DNA from: Nitrospirota bacterium
Lineage (GTDB): Bacteria; Nitrospirota; Nitrospiria; Nitrospirales; Nitrospiraceae
NCBI GenBank assembly: GCA_963701855.1
Contig: CAVPBK010000009.1
Location: 416,001-480,000, forward strand
Direction: 5' to 3'
DNA length: 64,000 nucleotides
The position numbers and the translations under genes were made by a program. Numbering within the stretch: position 1 is the first letter of the stretch; every line of letters begins with the position of its first letter. Shown piece after piece: positions 49,791 to 60,651 of this stretch. The notes below the pieces were generated by a model, which ran no database searches, was not told where the DNA came from, and worked only from the letters and a program-made list of their open reading frames with translations.

Positions 49791-50975
49791 CTAGAACGCG
49801 CCGCTCACAATCTCCTGATAGTAGGATTCCAGTATGACCGCGCGGGCTGGTTCGACAATCACCAGCTGGCGTTGATCCAAGGTGTTGGCGCAATACAGAT
49901 AGACGCTCCCTTCTGCCAAACCGAGTTCGACGTGCAGCTGACGGCCGTCTGATTCCTGGCGCGTGGTCTCTTTGAGGAGGTGCTTATCGTGCAACTGTTC
50001 CCATGCGCGCTGTGCGGAAGGCCAATGGTTCTCATAGAGCGGCGCGGCAGGATCGGTTGAACCGGTCTTCAGCTGAGATCGATCGAATGGACGGCCTTCG
50101 TCTGGCTCTGGCAATTCATCCCAGACAATCTGACGCAAGGCTCCCCTCCCCAACACATAGAACGGTCCATCGTCGGCAATTTCTTCGATGATACGATATC
50201 GAACCAATTTCGGCTGCTCGATCAGGCCAAGATCCCGTGCAGCCAAGGCCCGCTGTAATGGAACTCGTCTAGCCAACTGACGGGTCTTCTCAAACACGAT
50301 CATGCGACCCGTCTGGACCAAAGATGCGCTAAGCCGATCCAGCCGCATACTGATGCCAGTTCGCCGCTCAAAGTCCGCTTGCTGTTGACTCTCTCCTGCA
50401 CGGTCAAAAGTTCTCCAACTGCGACTGGGAATGCCCGAGTCCTGTTCAGCTTGCACGAGGGCATGCGTGGAAAGGATCAGATCATAGGAGCGAGTGGGCG
50501 CCGTGTGATCGAGATCGAGACATTCGAACCGTACGTTGGTCAGGCCAAGCGCCTTCGATTGTTCTTGCGCTCGCACAATCGAGTCTGGTGAGCGATCGAT
50601 CCCGACGAAGGTCTTGTCGGTATACTGCCTCGCATAAAATGTCGTAAGGATGCCGACCCCACAGCCCACATCCAGTATGGACCGGGCTTCACCGATGCAA
50701 TCTGCTACACGCGCGCCGATAGCCAGATAATAGTCGTACTGTTGGCTATAGAGTACCGGCAGGATGTTCGAAGGTGTGGTGGCATTGTAGAACGCGACTT
50801 CGTCGGCAGAGGATCCGCCACGCTTCTGCTCCACCTGCCGATGCAATGCTGTGATCTCGGCCGGCGAGAGGATCTCCCTCTGCCACTGGAAATAGGCCTC
50901 GTCAGACGTGAACTGCCTGAGGCCCCACCAGGCCAAGTGCGAATGGAATGATTGCACCAGTGAGTCGCTGGTCAT
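49791..50975 (-). CDS. Class I SAM-dependent methyltransferase
   Basis: ILDVGCGVG, FVGIDRS, YDLIL; the longer track start lies in a repeat element. Confidence 0.8.
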   Translation of the reverse strand: MTSDSLVQSFHSHLAWWGLRQFTSDEAYFQWQREILSPAEITALHRQVEQKRGGSSADEVAFYNATTPSNILPVLYSQQYDYYLAIGARVADCIGEARSILDVGCGVGILTTFYARQYTDKTFVGIDRSPDSIVRAQEQSKALGLTNVRFECLDLDHTAPTRSYDLILSTHALVQAEQDSGIPSRSWRTFDRAGESQQQADFERRTGISMRLDRLSASLVQTGRMIVFEKTRQLARRVPLQRALAARDLGLIEQPKLVRYRIIEEIADDGPFYVLGRGALRQIVWDELPEPDEGRPFDRSQLKTGSTDPAAPLYENHWPSAQRAWEQLHDKHLLKETTRQESDGRQLHVELGLAEGSVYLYCANTLDQRQLVIVEPARAVILESYYQEIVSGAF

Positions 50976-51099
50976 TGATGAAGACTTGGCACACCTGCCA
51001 AAAACGTTTTCCAGCAAGGCCACAAGGCGTGCGCAGTACGGGTACGTCCGGTGATTCAAGCGACTGAAAACGAAGCATGAGAGCGTTTTCAGCAGGCGA

Positions 51100-52464
51100 C
51101 TACGGTCTTTTCATCATGATCGCGTCAAAGTACGCCTCCGGCACTGGATGCGGATAGCGCAGCTGTCCCGACCCGAAGCCAACATACTTTTCACAGGTTA
51201 ATTGCTCAAGGCCGATCGGGCCTTTGGCATGGAGCCGCGAGCCGCTCAGCCCAATATCGGCGCCCATTCCATAACTGTCACCGGAATTGAGCCGGGACGA
51301 CGCATTGACGAACACCGCGCTCGCATCCACTTCGCGGGTGAACCTCAAGGCTGACTCATAGCTCGTGGTCGCAATGACGGCGGTGAGACAGGGGCCATGC
51401 GCCACGATGTGTGCTAAGGCCTCATCTATGTTCGCGACCATTTTGACGGCCAACACGGCCCCCTGAAATTGGGTGGACCAATCCTCCTCCTTGGCCGGAA
51501 TGATCGAGGCATGACCGGTCATCGCCATTTGTCCCATGAGGGCCATAGTTTTGGGACAGGCCCGCACTTCGATCTTGAACTCTTCGAGCATACGGTTGAC
51601 CAACGGAGGCAAAAACTGCCGCCCGATCACCTGTTCTACGAGCAGTGTATCAAGCGAGTTCGATGCCATGGCCTTCTGCACCTTGGAATTGATCGCCACG
51701 TTCTGCGCCATCGGCATATCGGTGTCGGCATCCACGTACATATGCGTGAGTCCCCCGTCATAACACAGCACCGGCATCTTCGCCTGCTCGATGACGGCTT
51801 TCCGGAGACCGGACCCGCCACGCGGGATAACCGCGTCGAGACTTTTTCCCGCACGAATCAACTCAACCGCCACCTCTTTTTCAGGACGTTCAACGATGAC
51901 CCATGCCCCGGACGGCACTCCATTCTGTTCCGCGGCTTCGCGCAATCCTGTTCCAATAGCTTGCTGTGTCAGGCCCCACTCCGGCGCACCACGAAAGACA
52001 CACAGGTTACCCGACTTGAAACAGAGCGCGATCGACTCCACCGTAACGAGTGGGCCCAGTTCTGACACGACGCCGATTACCCCGATCGGGACACGGACAC
52101 GGCTGACTTGCAATCCGTCAGGACGTTCCCGTCGTGAGGTGACTGCGCCGACCGGATCTGGCAGATCCGCAATCATATGAAGTCGATCGACCATCTCCTT
52201 GATATCGTCTGCAGTCATGCGCAGGCGGGCCACGGCGGCTTTCATCCGGTCCTTCATGACATCAGCTTCGAAGGATTTCCCAACTGCATCCACATCCTTC
52301 TCGTTCGCCGCCAGAATTGTTTCTTCGTCAGCCGCTAATCGATCCGCCATCGCCCGCAAGGCTTTCTCTTTAACAGGACCAGATAACAGTGCGAGTGTAC
52401 GAGCTATGCTGGGACAATCTTTCAATAACTTATCAATGTAGAGCTTGACTGGAACTTCAGGCAT
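51100..52464 (-). CDS. Gamma-glutamyl phosphate reductase (ProA)-like protein, catalytic Cys absent
   Basis: LPDPVG, RVPIGVIG, IPRGG, NASSR, LHAKGPIGLEQLT; CNA motif reads SNS. Confidence 0.85.
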   Translation of the reverse strand: MPEVPVKLYIDKLLKDCPSIARTLALLSGPVKEKALRAMADRLAADEETILAANEKDVDAVGKSFEADVMKDRMKAAVARLRMTADDIKEMVDRLHMIADLPDPVGAVTSRRERPDGLQVSRVRVPIGVIGVVSELGPLVTVESIALCFKSGNLCVFRGAPEWGLTQQAIGTGLREAAEQNGVPSGAWVIVERPEKEVAVELIRAGKSLDAVIPRGGSGLRKAVIEQAKMPVLCYDGGLTHMYVDADTDMPMAQNVAINSKVQKAMASNSLDTLLVEQVIGRQFLPPLVNRMLEEFKIEVRACPKTMALMGQMAMTGHASIIPAKEEDWSTQFQGAVLAVKMVANIDEALAHIVAHGPCLTAVIATTSYESALRFTREVDASAVFVNASSRLNSGDSYGMGADIGLSGSRLHAKGPIGLEQLTCEKYVGFGSGQLRYPHPVPEAYFDAIMMKRP

Positions 52465-52735
52465 CTTCAACCTCATGAAACGTCAAACGCAAAATGTGAT
52501 TTCACACAGTGACTGCAGCATAATGAGCAGGGACTATAGCATGCGATTTTTTCGCAGGTAAAGCAGGAGGAGGGTACCTTGCCGGGCTAAGACCAATCCC
52601 TCCCATCCCCTGAGTTGCGCCAACGAGCCAGAACCCGTTACTACGTGCCATGCAGTGACCACCATTCCCAACCAAAAAGAAAATTTGCTAGAATGCGCCG
52701 GACGAAGAGACTTGTAGCCTACTCACGGATATTTA

Positions 52736-53767
52736 ATGATCGACCTACGCAGCGATACGGTCACGAAACCCTCTGAGGCCATGCGAAAAGCGATGGCACG
52801 CGCCGAAGTGGGAGACGATGTGTACGGTGAAGACCCCACCGTGAATCGCCTCCAAGAGATGGTGGCCACGATGTTCGGGAAAAAGGCTTCTCTCTTTGTG
52901 CCCTCCGGCACCATGGGTAATCAACTCGCCATTCGCCTCCACACACAACCGGGACAAGAAGTGATCGTCGAAAGCACGGCGCATATCGTCCGATATGAAC
53001 AAGGCGCCGCCGGTGCGCTGGCTGGTGTACAACTTCATTGGATCACGGGGAATCGAGGCCTCATTTCCCCTGAGCAGGTTGAGGCGGCAATCCGTCCCAA
53101 AGAGCCGAACACGGTTCAAACTGGACTGATCTGTCTGGAAAACACCCATAATAGCGGCGGCGGAACGATTTATCCGCTGGCGACGATTGAACGGATACGC
53201 GCTGTGGCTGTCACCCATAGCATCCCGATGCATTTGGACGGCGCACGACTATTCAACGCCATTGCTGCCACCACCCTACCGCCTGCCTCCTATGCTCAAC
53301 ACTTTGATACCCTGTCGGTTTGTCTCTCGAAAGGACTGGGGGCGCCAGCCGGTTCGCTCCTGATGATGAATGATCTGACCCTCCTCGACAAGGCCAAGCG
53401 GGTGCGCCGAATGTATGGTGGCGCCATGCGGCAGTCCGGCATCCTCGCCGCCGCCGGCATCTATGCGCTTGAACATCATATTGGACGATTGAAAGTGGAC
53501 CATGATCATGCCAAGCGGCTGGCGAAACAGCTGCAACAAATCCCAACGGTCAGGATTAACCCGCAAGATGTCGACACGAATATCGTCATCTTCGAGGTGA
53601 TCGGCCACCGTCTAGCTCCCCCAGCGATCGTCGCCGCCTTGAAACAGGAGGGACTCTTGATCAATGCCATCGGCGGCAATAGCTTTCGTGCCGTCACCCA
53701 TTTGGATATCTCCAGTGCCATGGCCGAGGAAGCCGGCGAAATCTTTACCCGCGTGCTGATGAACTAG
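52736..53767 (+). CDS. ltaE: Low-specificity L-threonine aldolase
   Basis: [36 protein letters not shown]. Confidence 0.95.
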   Translation: MIDLRSDTVTKPSEAMRKAMARAEVGDDVYGEDPTVNRLQEMVATMFGKKASLFVPSGTMGNQLAIRLHTQPGQEVIVESTAHIVRYEQGAAGALAGVQLHWITGNRGLISPEQVEAAIRPKEPNTVQTGLICLENTHNSGGGTIYPLATIERIRAVAVTHSIPMHLDGARLFNAIAATTLPPASYAQHFDTLSVCLSKGLGAPAGSLLMMNDLTLLDKAKRVRRMYGGAMRQSGILAAAGIYALEHHIGRLKVDHDHAKRLAKQLQQIPTVRINPQDVDTNIVIFEVIGHRLAPPAIVAALKQEGLLINAIGGNSFRAVTHLDISSAMAEEAGEIFTRVLMN

Positions 53768-53790
53768 TCCGCATGAATCATGCGGGCTAG
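53764..53790. repeat. Collapsed family B element (ends only) on the ltaE stop
   Basis: CTAGTCCGCATGAATCATGCGGGCTAG palindrome. Confidence 0.7.
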
Positions 53791-53849
53791 ACGACTGCGC
53801 ATTGACACTTCTCGCACTCAAATCTAGAATGCCTCACAAAGGAGTATCG

Positions 53850-54077
53850 ATGCCACTAGAAGTTGTCTCATTCAAACACATCAGCCGGATCCTTGAGGTC
53901 ACCGACTCGCTCGGTCTGAACCGCGAGTGGGTCGAAATCCCGTTGTCTCCAGAAAGCCCAGGTGGCGTTAGACGGTTGACCAACGGCAAGCTGGAAATCA
54001 TCGTCGATGCAGACAAACCGTTCGAAGATTGGCTGGGATTGCTCCCGAAACACATTCAGCTCGCACAGGAAGCCTGA
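53850..54077 (+). CDS. Small hypothetical protein
   Basis: AAGGAG RBS, MPLEVVSF..., 75 aa. Confidence 0.65.
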   Translation: MPLEVVSFKHISRILEVTDSLGLNREWVEIPLSPESPGGVRRLTNGKLEIIVDADKPFEDWLGLLPKHIQLAQEA

Positions 54078-54079
54078 AC

Positions 54080-54865
54080 ATGGATAGTCCCACCACCCAC
54101 CCTATCCCCACATCAGAAGAATTGAAGGCAGAACTCCTGGCGATGCCGGAGCCGCCTGAACAGCCGGACCCGATCGACGAGCCGGGATTTGAAGAACTCG
54201 TCGAGGTGGCCTTGCGCCACGTCCGTGGCCGCCGTGGGGGCGATCTCGTCAGCGTGATCCTCGTGGGGTCCAGCGTTCGGCGCGCCATCACTACTCACAG
54301 CGACATCGATCTCATTGCGCTCGTGAAAGGATTGGCCGATGGCCACGAGATCATTCGTGTTGCCGATCGTCTAGCCGACATCCGCTATCGTGGGCATCAA
54401 GAACTTGAGGAGGATCTCCCCCATTCACCACGCCTCCCATCTCTCTTACGGAAAGCCCGCATCCTTTTCGATCACGAGAACATCGGCGCCAAGCTTATTG
54501 AACGAGCCAACCAACGGTTCCGACAAGGACCGCCTCCTGTCAGTATTAATGAACAGATTCGGATGAAGGCGGATTGTTTCCATTGGCTGGGAAAAGCCCG
54601 GGATCTGGCCGACAAGCCGGCGACCGCGCAGTATCTACTCTCGATATTTTTCGACGACGCCATCAGCGCGTTCTTCCGGCTACGGGGCTTCTGGCTGACC
54701 GCGCCGGGTGACGTACCAAAGTTCATCGCCTCCCGCGATGCGGGGCTGGGTGACCTGGCTGCGCGGTTCCTGATTGCGGCTTCTTTGCCGGAACGGCTCA
54801 ACTTAGGCCGCGATCTGGCCGATACTCTCTTTAAGGACGTACCAAATCCTGCCAGAATTGACTGA
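54080..54865 (+). CDS. Pol-beta superfamily nucleotidyltransferase domain protein
   Basis: ILVGSSVR...SDIDL motif, helical C-terminal domain. Confidence 0.8.
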   Translation: MDSPTTHPIPTSEELKAELLAMPEPPEQPDPIDEPGFEELVEVALRHVRGRRGGDLVSVILVGSSVRRAITTHSDIDLIALVKGLADGHEIIRVADRLADIRYRGHQELEEDLPHSPRLPSLLRKARILFDHENIGAKLIERANQRFRQGPPPVSINEQIRMKADCFHWLGKARDLADKPATAQYLLSIFFDDAISAFFRLRGFWLTAPGDVPKFIASRDAGLGDLAARFLIAASLPERLNLGRDLADTLFKDVPNPARID

Positions 54866-55012
54866 CAGGACTTCCGGATCGATTTTTAGACTGCTGCCGT
54901 ATGAGACTTACCAGCCTTTCATTCTCGCAGGGCTGAACAGAGGACAAGCTCAGTCTAAGAATCATGATCCGTGCGATGCCATTCAGTCATGACCGTACCG
55001 GAAGGAGTCGCT

Positions 55013-55906
55013 ATGGAAATCGGATTCGTCGGGCTTGGGAAGATGGGCATGAACATGGTCACCAGGTTACAGCGTGACCGGCATCGAGTTGTCGTCTACG
55101 ACCGTTCGGCAGATCTGATCAAGCAGGCCGAAGGCGTTGGTTGTGTCGGAGCATCCTCATTAGCGAACCTCGTCGGCCACCTTAAAGTCCCGCGCGCGGT
55201 CTGGGTCATGGTCCCATCCGGGGCGCCGACTGAGGAGACCGTTCAAACCATCGCGACATTACTCCAACCGGGCGACACAGTAATCGACGGTGGTAACACC
55301 AGATATCACGACGATGTTCGGCGGGCTGTGGACCTCAAGAAAAAACAGCTTCACTATGTCGATGCCGGAACCAGCGGAGGCATCTGGGGATTAAAGATCG
55401 GGTACTGTCTGATGGTCGGTGGCGACGAAGCGCCGGTGAAACAACTTGCGCCGATCTTCACCACGCTGGCACCGGAGCATGGCTGGGCTCACGTCGGTGG
55501 AGTCGGCGCCGGGCATTACGTGAAAATGGTGCATAATGGAATCGAGTACAGCATGATGCAGGGGTATGCCGAGGGCTTCGAGCTGATGGCGAAAAGCGAT
55601 TACAAGCTCAACCTCGCCAACATCGCAAACCTCTGGATGCACGGTAGCGTCGTCCGATCCTGGCTCTTGGAGTTGGCGGCCGGCGCCTTGAAAGAAGATC
55701 CACGGCTGGAACAGTTGAAAGGCTACGTGCAGGATTCTGGCGAGGGTCGCTGGATGATCGCCGATGCCATCGAGAAGGATGTACCGGTCCCGACACTCGC
55801 AACAGCACTATTCACTCGATTCCGATCGCGACAAAGCGAGTCCTTTGCTGAAAAGATGCTGGCGGCATTGCGGAATGCCTTCGGCGGCCATGCGGTCCGC
55901 CGATAA
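55013..55906 (+). CDS. gnd: 6-phosphogluconate dehydrogenase (decarboxylating, short type)
   Basis: GLGKMG, IDGGN, DAGTSGG, KMVHNGIEY, DSGEGRW, RNAFGGH. Confidence 0.95.
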   Translation: MEIGFVGLGKMGMNMVTRLQRDRHRVVVYDRSADLIKQAEGVGCVGASSLANLVGHLKVPRAVWVMVPSGAPTEETVQTIATLLQPGDTVIDGGNTRYHDDVRRAVDLKKKQLHYVDAGTSGGIWGLKIGYCLMVGGDEAPVKQLAPIFTTLAPEHGWAHVGGVGAGHYVKMVHNGIEYSMMQGYAEGFELMAKSDYKLNLANIANLWMHGSVVRSWLLELAAGALKEDPRLEQLKGYVQDSGEGRWMIADAIEKDVPVPTLATALFTRFRSRQSESFAEKMLAALRNAFGGHAVRR

Positions 55907-56028
55907 TAGGATGCTCAAAACGTCTGCCCGCGTCGTTCTCGCTTCGCTCAGAGGGTCAACGTACAGAAGCGTACGTCTCGCCTCTTCGCTCGCTGCGGCG
56001 TTGCTGGACGGCCATTTTGAACATCCTG
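55907..56028 (+). repeat. Family A palindromic element
   Basis: TAGGATGCTCAAAA...TTTTGAACATCCTG, directly after the gnd TAA. Confidence 0.85.
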
Positions 56029-56120
56029 AAAATTTTCAGGCACCAGCGGAAAAATGAGAATTCCAACAGTCTTTCGTGTATCAATCGAGTTTTCCCGCAG
56101 CCTGATAACGTCGGAGCCCT

Positions 56121-57665
56121 ATGCCACCGAATAGCCCACGTATCGATATCAGTCCCTCACAGGAAACGATTCCCCCAGTCGATCCCTGTACCCTTGTCAT
56201 CTTTGGAGGTTCCGGCGATCTGGCGCGTCGGCGTCTGATTCCCGCCCTCTACAACTTGCTCCTCGACGGACTCCTTCCGCCGAACTATGCAGTGATCGGG
56301 CTGGGCCGCAAATCGATGACTGACGAGGAATTCCGTGCCACGCTTCGTGATGGCGTCGTGACACATTCCCGACAAGCCTTGGCAGAAGAGAAGTGGAAGG
56401 ATTTCGCGCAACGTCTTTTTTATCTATCGGGAGGAAATGATGACCCGAACACCTATGCCAGACTGAAGTCTCGAACAGTAGAAATTGAGCGGAATCTCCA
56501 ATTGCCCGGCAACCGGATTTTCTATCTGAGCATCCCTCCCAGTTCATTTGCGTCTGCGTGCGAAGGGCTTGAGCAAGCCGGATTAGCGACGAAGCCGGGG
56601 GCGCATACGCCCTATGCCCGCATCATCGTCGAGAAACCAGTCGGCCGCGATTTGGCTTCCGCCCAGGCTATCAACGGCGTGACAGGGCGCGTGTTCGACG
56701 AATCGCAGATCTTCCGCATCGATCACTATCTGGGAAAAGAAACCGTTCAGAATCTCATGGTCGTTCGATTCGCCAACAGCATCTTCGAGCCGATTTGGAA
56801 CCACAAATACATCGATCATGTGCAGATCACGGTAAGCGAAGCGGAAGGCGTCGGGAGCAGAGCCAGCTACTACGAAGAAGCCGGTGCGTTGCGCGACATG
56901 GTGCAGAACCACATGCTGCAGTTACTCTGCTTGGTGGCGATGGAGCCCCCCTACTCGCTCGATCCGGATGTGGTACGCAACGCGAAGATGGAAGTCCTCC
57001 GTTGCCTCAGGCCTATCACCGACCAAGATCTCGAGTCCGTCACCGTCCGTGCCCAATACAGTCAAGGCACAGCCCATGGCAAGTCTATCCCGGGCTATCG
57101 TCGCGAGAACGGGATTCATCCTGATTCAACGACGGAAACCTATGTCGCGCTCAAATGCTTTGTGGAAAACTGGCGATGGGACGGTGTACCCTTCTATCTG
57201 CGTACCGGGAAAGCCCTCCCCCATCGTGCCAGCGAGGTCGCAGTACAGTTTAAGGACATCCCTCACATCCTGTTCAATGCCAATGCACAGCAGCCCCAGC
57301 CACCAAATGTATTGGCACTACGCATCCAGCCGGAGGAAGGACTCTCTCTCCGCATCGTCTCGCGCGTGCCTGGCACGCGCGCACAGACACACCCGGTGGA
57401 AATGGACTTTCAATACAGCGACGTCTTCGGCCGCCCATCGCCCGAAGCCTATGAGCGGTTGCTCCTGGATGTGATGGCAGGCGATGCCTCCCGATTCATG
57501 CGTCGCGATGCCGTGGAAGCCTCCTGGGCCTGGATCACCAAGATTCTGGAAGGATGGCAGCGGCAAGGGTTGCGGTGGTTGCCTGAATACCAGGCAGGAT
57601 CCTGTGGGCCGGTCGAGGCAGATCGCCTCATTAAGAAGGATGGGCGGACCTGGCGGACCCTGTAG
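56121..57665 (+). CDS. zwf: Glucose-6-phosphate 1-dehydrogenase
   Basis: GGSGDLA, EKPVG, RIDHYLGKE, RDMVQNH, YLRTGK. Confidence 0.97.
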   Translation: MPPNSPRIDISPSQETIPPVDPCTLVIFGGSGDLARRRLIPALYNLLLDGLLPPNYAVIGLGRKSMTDEEFRATLRDGVVTHSRQALAEEKWKDFAQRLFYLSGGNDDPNTYARLKSRTVEIERNLQLPGNRIFYLSIPPSSFASACEGLEQAGLATKPGAHTPYARIIVEKPVGRDLASAQAINGVTGRVFDESQIFRIDHYLGKETVQNLMVVRFANSIFEPIWNHKYIDHVQITVSEAEGVGSRASYYEEAGALRDMVQNHMLQLLCLVAMEPPYSLDPDVVRNAKMEVLRCLRPITDQDLESVTVRAQYSQGTAHGKSIPGYRRENGIHPDSTTETYVALKCFVENWRWDGVPFYLRTGKALPHRASEVAVQFKDIPHILFNANAQQPQPPNVLALRIQPEEGLSLRIVSRVPGTRAQTHPVEMDFQYSDVFGRPSPEAYERLLLDVMAGDASRFMRRDAVEASWAWITKILEGWQRQGLRWLPEYQAGSCGPVEADRLIKKDGRTWRTL

Positions 57666-57674
57666 CATCTCCTG

Positions 57675-57986
57675 TCATGTCAGTCGCAACTGCTTACGAA
57701 TCTCCTCGCTGGTTCCCAGCCCACCAATAAATCGCTCGAACACTCCCTTGCGATAGAGAGCCAACGCCGGCAACGAACGAACGTCTAGCTCCGCTGGAAT
57801 CTGGAAGTTCTCTTCGACATTCATTTTCACGATCAGAACCTTGCCGGTCACATCAAGCTCCAGTTTCTGAAGTTCCCGCATCAGCGCTCGGCAACTCCCA
57901 CACCCTGGTTTCCAGAACTCCACCAGCACCGGCACCCCTGCCTGTTCTACAACCCAGTCAAAGTCCCGATCAGTGATCTCACGCAC
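57675..57986 (-). CDS. Thioredoxin family protein
   Basis: VLVEFWKPGCGSC, VRSLP. Confidence 0.85.
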   Translation of the reverse strand: MREITDRDFDWVVEQAGVPVLVEFWKPGCGSCRALMRELQKLELDVTGKVLIVKMNVEENFQIPAELDVRSLPALALYRKGVFERFIGGLGTSEEIRKQLRLT

Positions 57987-58001
57987 CGTGATCTCCTCTC
58001 G

Positions 58002-58640
58002 TCACGATCCTCCCGCCGACACCGCAGCAAATACCTCCTGATACAGCCGTTCAGCCATTAGCCGATACCCGGCTGTGGTCAGATGCAACCCGTCGTTGGA
58101 ATATCGTGCCGCAAGTTGTTGGGTTTTTGGTTCTGCCGTGGCGGCAAAGAGATCGAAGGCTGTCAACCGTTTCGATTCCGCGTAGCAAAGAATGAATCCG
58201 TTAAGCTCACGTCGCCGTTCAAGATGCTCTGCAAACCACCGGCGCTCCTCCTCACTGCGAAGATCGTCACCCACTCTGATCGACGGGACGGTCACCGGAA
58301 CAGGCTTGACCCCGGCCGCTACGGCCAGTTCATACATCTTGAGGAGATTACGAAATATGTCTGCCGGCGCAGCGTTCCACCCAAGATCGTTCGTTCCGCC
58401 GAGAATCACCACATACGTCGGGTGGTGTGTCAGTACAGTCGATTGAAACCGCATCGCCATTTCACCGGTTAGCTCACCGCAGATGCCGCTCACAGACACG
58501 CGCACGGCAGGCCCAGTCAGTTCTTGCAGGAACCGCCCATATGGCGTCTCAGTGCCTTGAGGATTGTCGACAGCGGGCGATTGAAACCCCGCTGTGAGGC
58601 TGTCTCCAAAACATACGATGTGGCTCTGGGCAATCGTCAT
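58002..58640 (-). CDS. SGNH/GDSL hydrolase
   Basis: FGDSLTAG, GGTND, DGLH. Confidence 0.92.
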   Translation of the reverse strand: MTIAQSHIVCFGDSLTAGFQSPAVDNPQGTETPYGRFLQELTGPAVRVSVSGICGELTGEMAMRFQSTVLTHHPTYVVILGGTNDLGWNAAPADIFRNLLKMYELAVAAGVKPVPVTVPSIRVGDDLRSEEERRWFAEHLERRRELNGFILCYAESKRLTAFDLFAATAEPKTQQLAARYSNDGLHLTTAGYRLMAERLYQEVFAAVSAGGS

Positions 58641-58797
58641 TTGAATCGGATTCTACCGACCTAGTCGGGAGGTTCACAATGCCCTCCTGTCCATGAATCA
58701 AGACTGAAGGAATCTCTCAGCAACGCCTCAGTGAGAAGCTGGTGAAGAGCGGCTATTTTCTTGACGATTCAGCACCTCCAGGGTACGACTAAGCATC

Positions 58798-60636
58798 ATG
58801 GACGAGCGCTTGACAGAAAGCGGCGCATGGCCGATCGCACCTGCAAAAGAGCCGCTTAATCCGGAACTGACCTCTGTCAAGCAAATCCTCGCGCTCTTGG
58901 ACAAGACCTCGAAGTCCAGGCGGACTTACGGGGCAACGAACCCTGTAGCACAGAAGTTCTTTCAAGAGTTATTCGAGGAACTCACAACTCACCTAGCCAC
59001 CTACTCCAAATTGGCATTTCTTGTTCAACGTTCCGAACTGTACTTCAACGGGGAAGTCGTCTGCCGATCCGAGCAAGGTTCGAATAATGAAAGTGTCGCA
59101 TTCAAACTCTATACAGATGGCATTCGAGAGCTCGCTTTTCTCGAAGGTCTTTCTACTGAAGACCTCTCCTTCTTGCTTGATTCGCTATGGGGCAGTCTCC
59201 ACCCCGACGAAGATGATGACGACATTGTGACTCGTTTATGGTCCAAGAACCTCTCTACCATCACCCTGGTCACCGCAGAAGAAATCGCCAAAGCCTCGGC
59301 CGGTGGAGATGTCTTTTCGCTGCCTGATGCCGGGATGATTGAGGCACCGGAATCAAGCTTGAGGGACCTTCTCGATCGGGAGCAAGCCCGTGCCAAAATG
59401 GGAGAGGGGTCAGGGATTGAGGGAGGAGGTGGCTCAGACACTGGTAATGGCGGGTCCCAATCCGGAGAGGCAACCGGAGGGGGAATCAGCAGACAGGCTA
59501 GCCGATTCAAGTCTGGTCACGCGGGCTACGAAGTCTCCGACAAGGAATTTGCTGAATTGGCGAAGGAGATCGAGGCTGAGAGCGCCAGAGATAACATAAC
59601 CTACCTATTGGATATGCTCACCGCGATCCTAGCGTCGGAAAAATCTCCTGCGGTCCTAACCAAATTGCTCGACCTCTGGGGAAGCGTCCTCGACTCATTG
59701 ACCGCCCAGGGCAAATGGACCGTGTTAGACACCGTACTTCAACTGTTACATGTCACCACTGAGATCAGACCGGATCTCAGCGATGATCACAAGAAACAAC
59801 TGGCGGCTCTGCTCGACAATCTTGGCAGACCTGAACGCATGAAGATGATCGAGACCTATTTGAACAAGATCCCCGACGCAGCGACAGAAGGATTGCCGGC
59901 AGTTCTGTTGTCGATGACGCCGTCAGCCGTCTCTGCCTTGTGCACCCTCTTAGGAAATCTGGAGACGCCGGCCCATCAGGCCATCGTGGCTGAAGCCCTC
60001 GAGACACTCGCGAAAGACCAACCAGATCACGTGCTTCGCGGTTTGTCCGACCGCCGCCCCCGCTATGTGAAAAACCTTCTCGCGATCCTTCTCAAATGGA
60101 ACAATCCCAGATTTGCAGACGCAGTTGAAAAGCTCGTGCGCTACCCGGACATTCAGGTACGGAAGGAAGTTGTGCGAGCGATCGGGATATTCCGTCCCAG
60201 CGGGAACGGGATGAAACTGATCGCATTTTTGAATGACACCGAGGAGTCGATCCGGTTTGCGGCACTTAAGCTGCTCATGACCGGTCAATATAAGGCTCCT
60301 TACTCCGCCTGGTCACCCCTTGTATCGACGGACACATTCATGGATCGAAGCCTCGGTGAAAAACGCGCAGTATTCCAAGCCATGCGCATCACCAGTCGTG
60401 ATGAGGGCATTCCTTTCTTCGAAAATTTGATCACGGAACGGTCCTGGACCAACCGGAAGAAAAAGGAGGAGCTCGCTGCCCTCGCCGCTGAGACATTGGG
60501 AAAATTGCCCACCCCTGCCGCCCTTACCACCCTTGAGCTGGGTCAGAAAAAAGGTGGCGCCGCCGTTAGACAAGCCTGCACCGCGGCCCTGGCCCTGGCC
60601 ATGCGGCAACAGCATCTCAAGCAGGCTGCATCATAG
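58798..60636 (+). CDS. HEAT-repeat protein
   Basis: C-terminal HEAT repeats (YVKNLL, VRKEVVRAIG, IRFAAL); Gly-rich linker. Confidence 0.8.
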   Translation: MDERLTESGAWPIAPAKEPLNPELTSVKQILALLDKTSKSRRTYGATNPVAQKFFQELFEELTTHLATYSKLAFLVQRSELYFNGEVVCRSEQGSNNESVAFKLYTDGIRELAFLEGLSTEDLSFLLDSLWGSLHPDEDDDDIVTRLWSKNLSTITLVTAEEIAKASAGGDVFSLPDAGMIEAPESSLRDLLDREQARAKMGEGSGIEGGGGSDTGNGGSQSGEATGGGISRQASRFKSGHAGYEVSDKEFAELAKEIEAESARDNITYLLDMLTAILASEKSPAVLTKLLDLWGSVLDSLTAQGKWTVLDTVLQLLHVTTEIRPDLSDDHKKQLAALLDNLGRPERMKMIETYLNKIPDAATEGLPAVLLSMTPSAVSALCTLLGNLETPAHQAIVAEALETLAKDQPDHVLRGLSDRRPRYVKNLLAILLKWNNPRFADAVEKLVRYPDIQVRKEVVRAIGIFRPSGNGMKLIAFLNDTEESIRFAALKLLMTGQYKAPYSAWSPLVSTDTFMDRSLGEKRAVFQAMRITSRDEGIPFFENLITERSWTNRKKKEELAALAAETLGKLPTPAALTTLELGQKKGGAAVRQACTAALALAMRQQHLKQAAS

Positions 60637-60651
60637 TAAGGAGCCTTTGTC

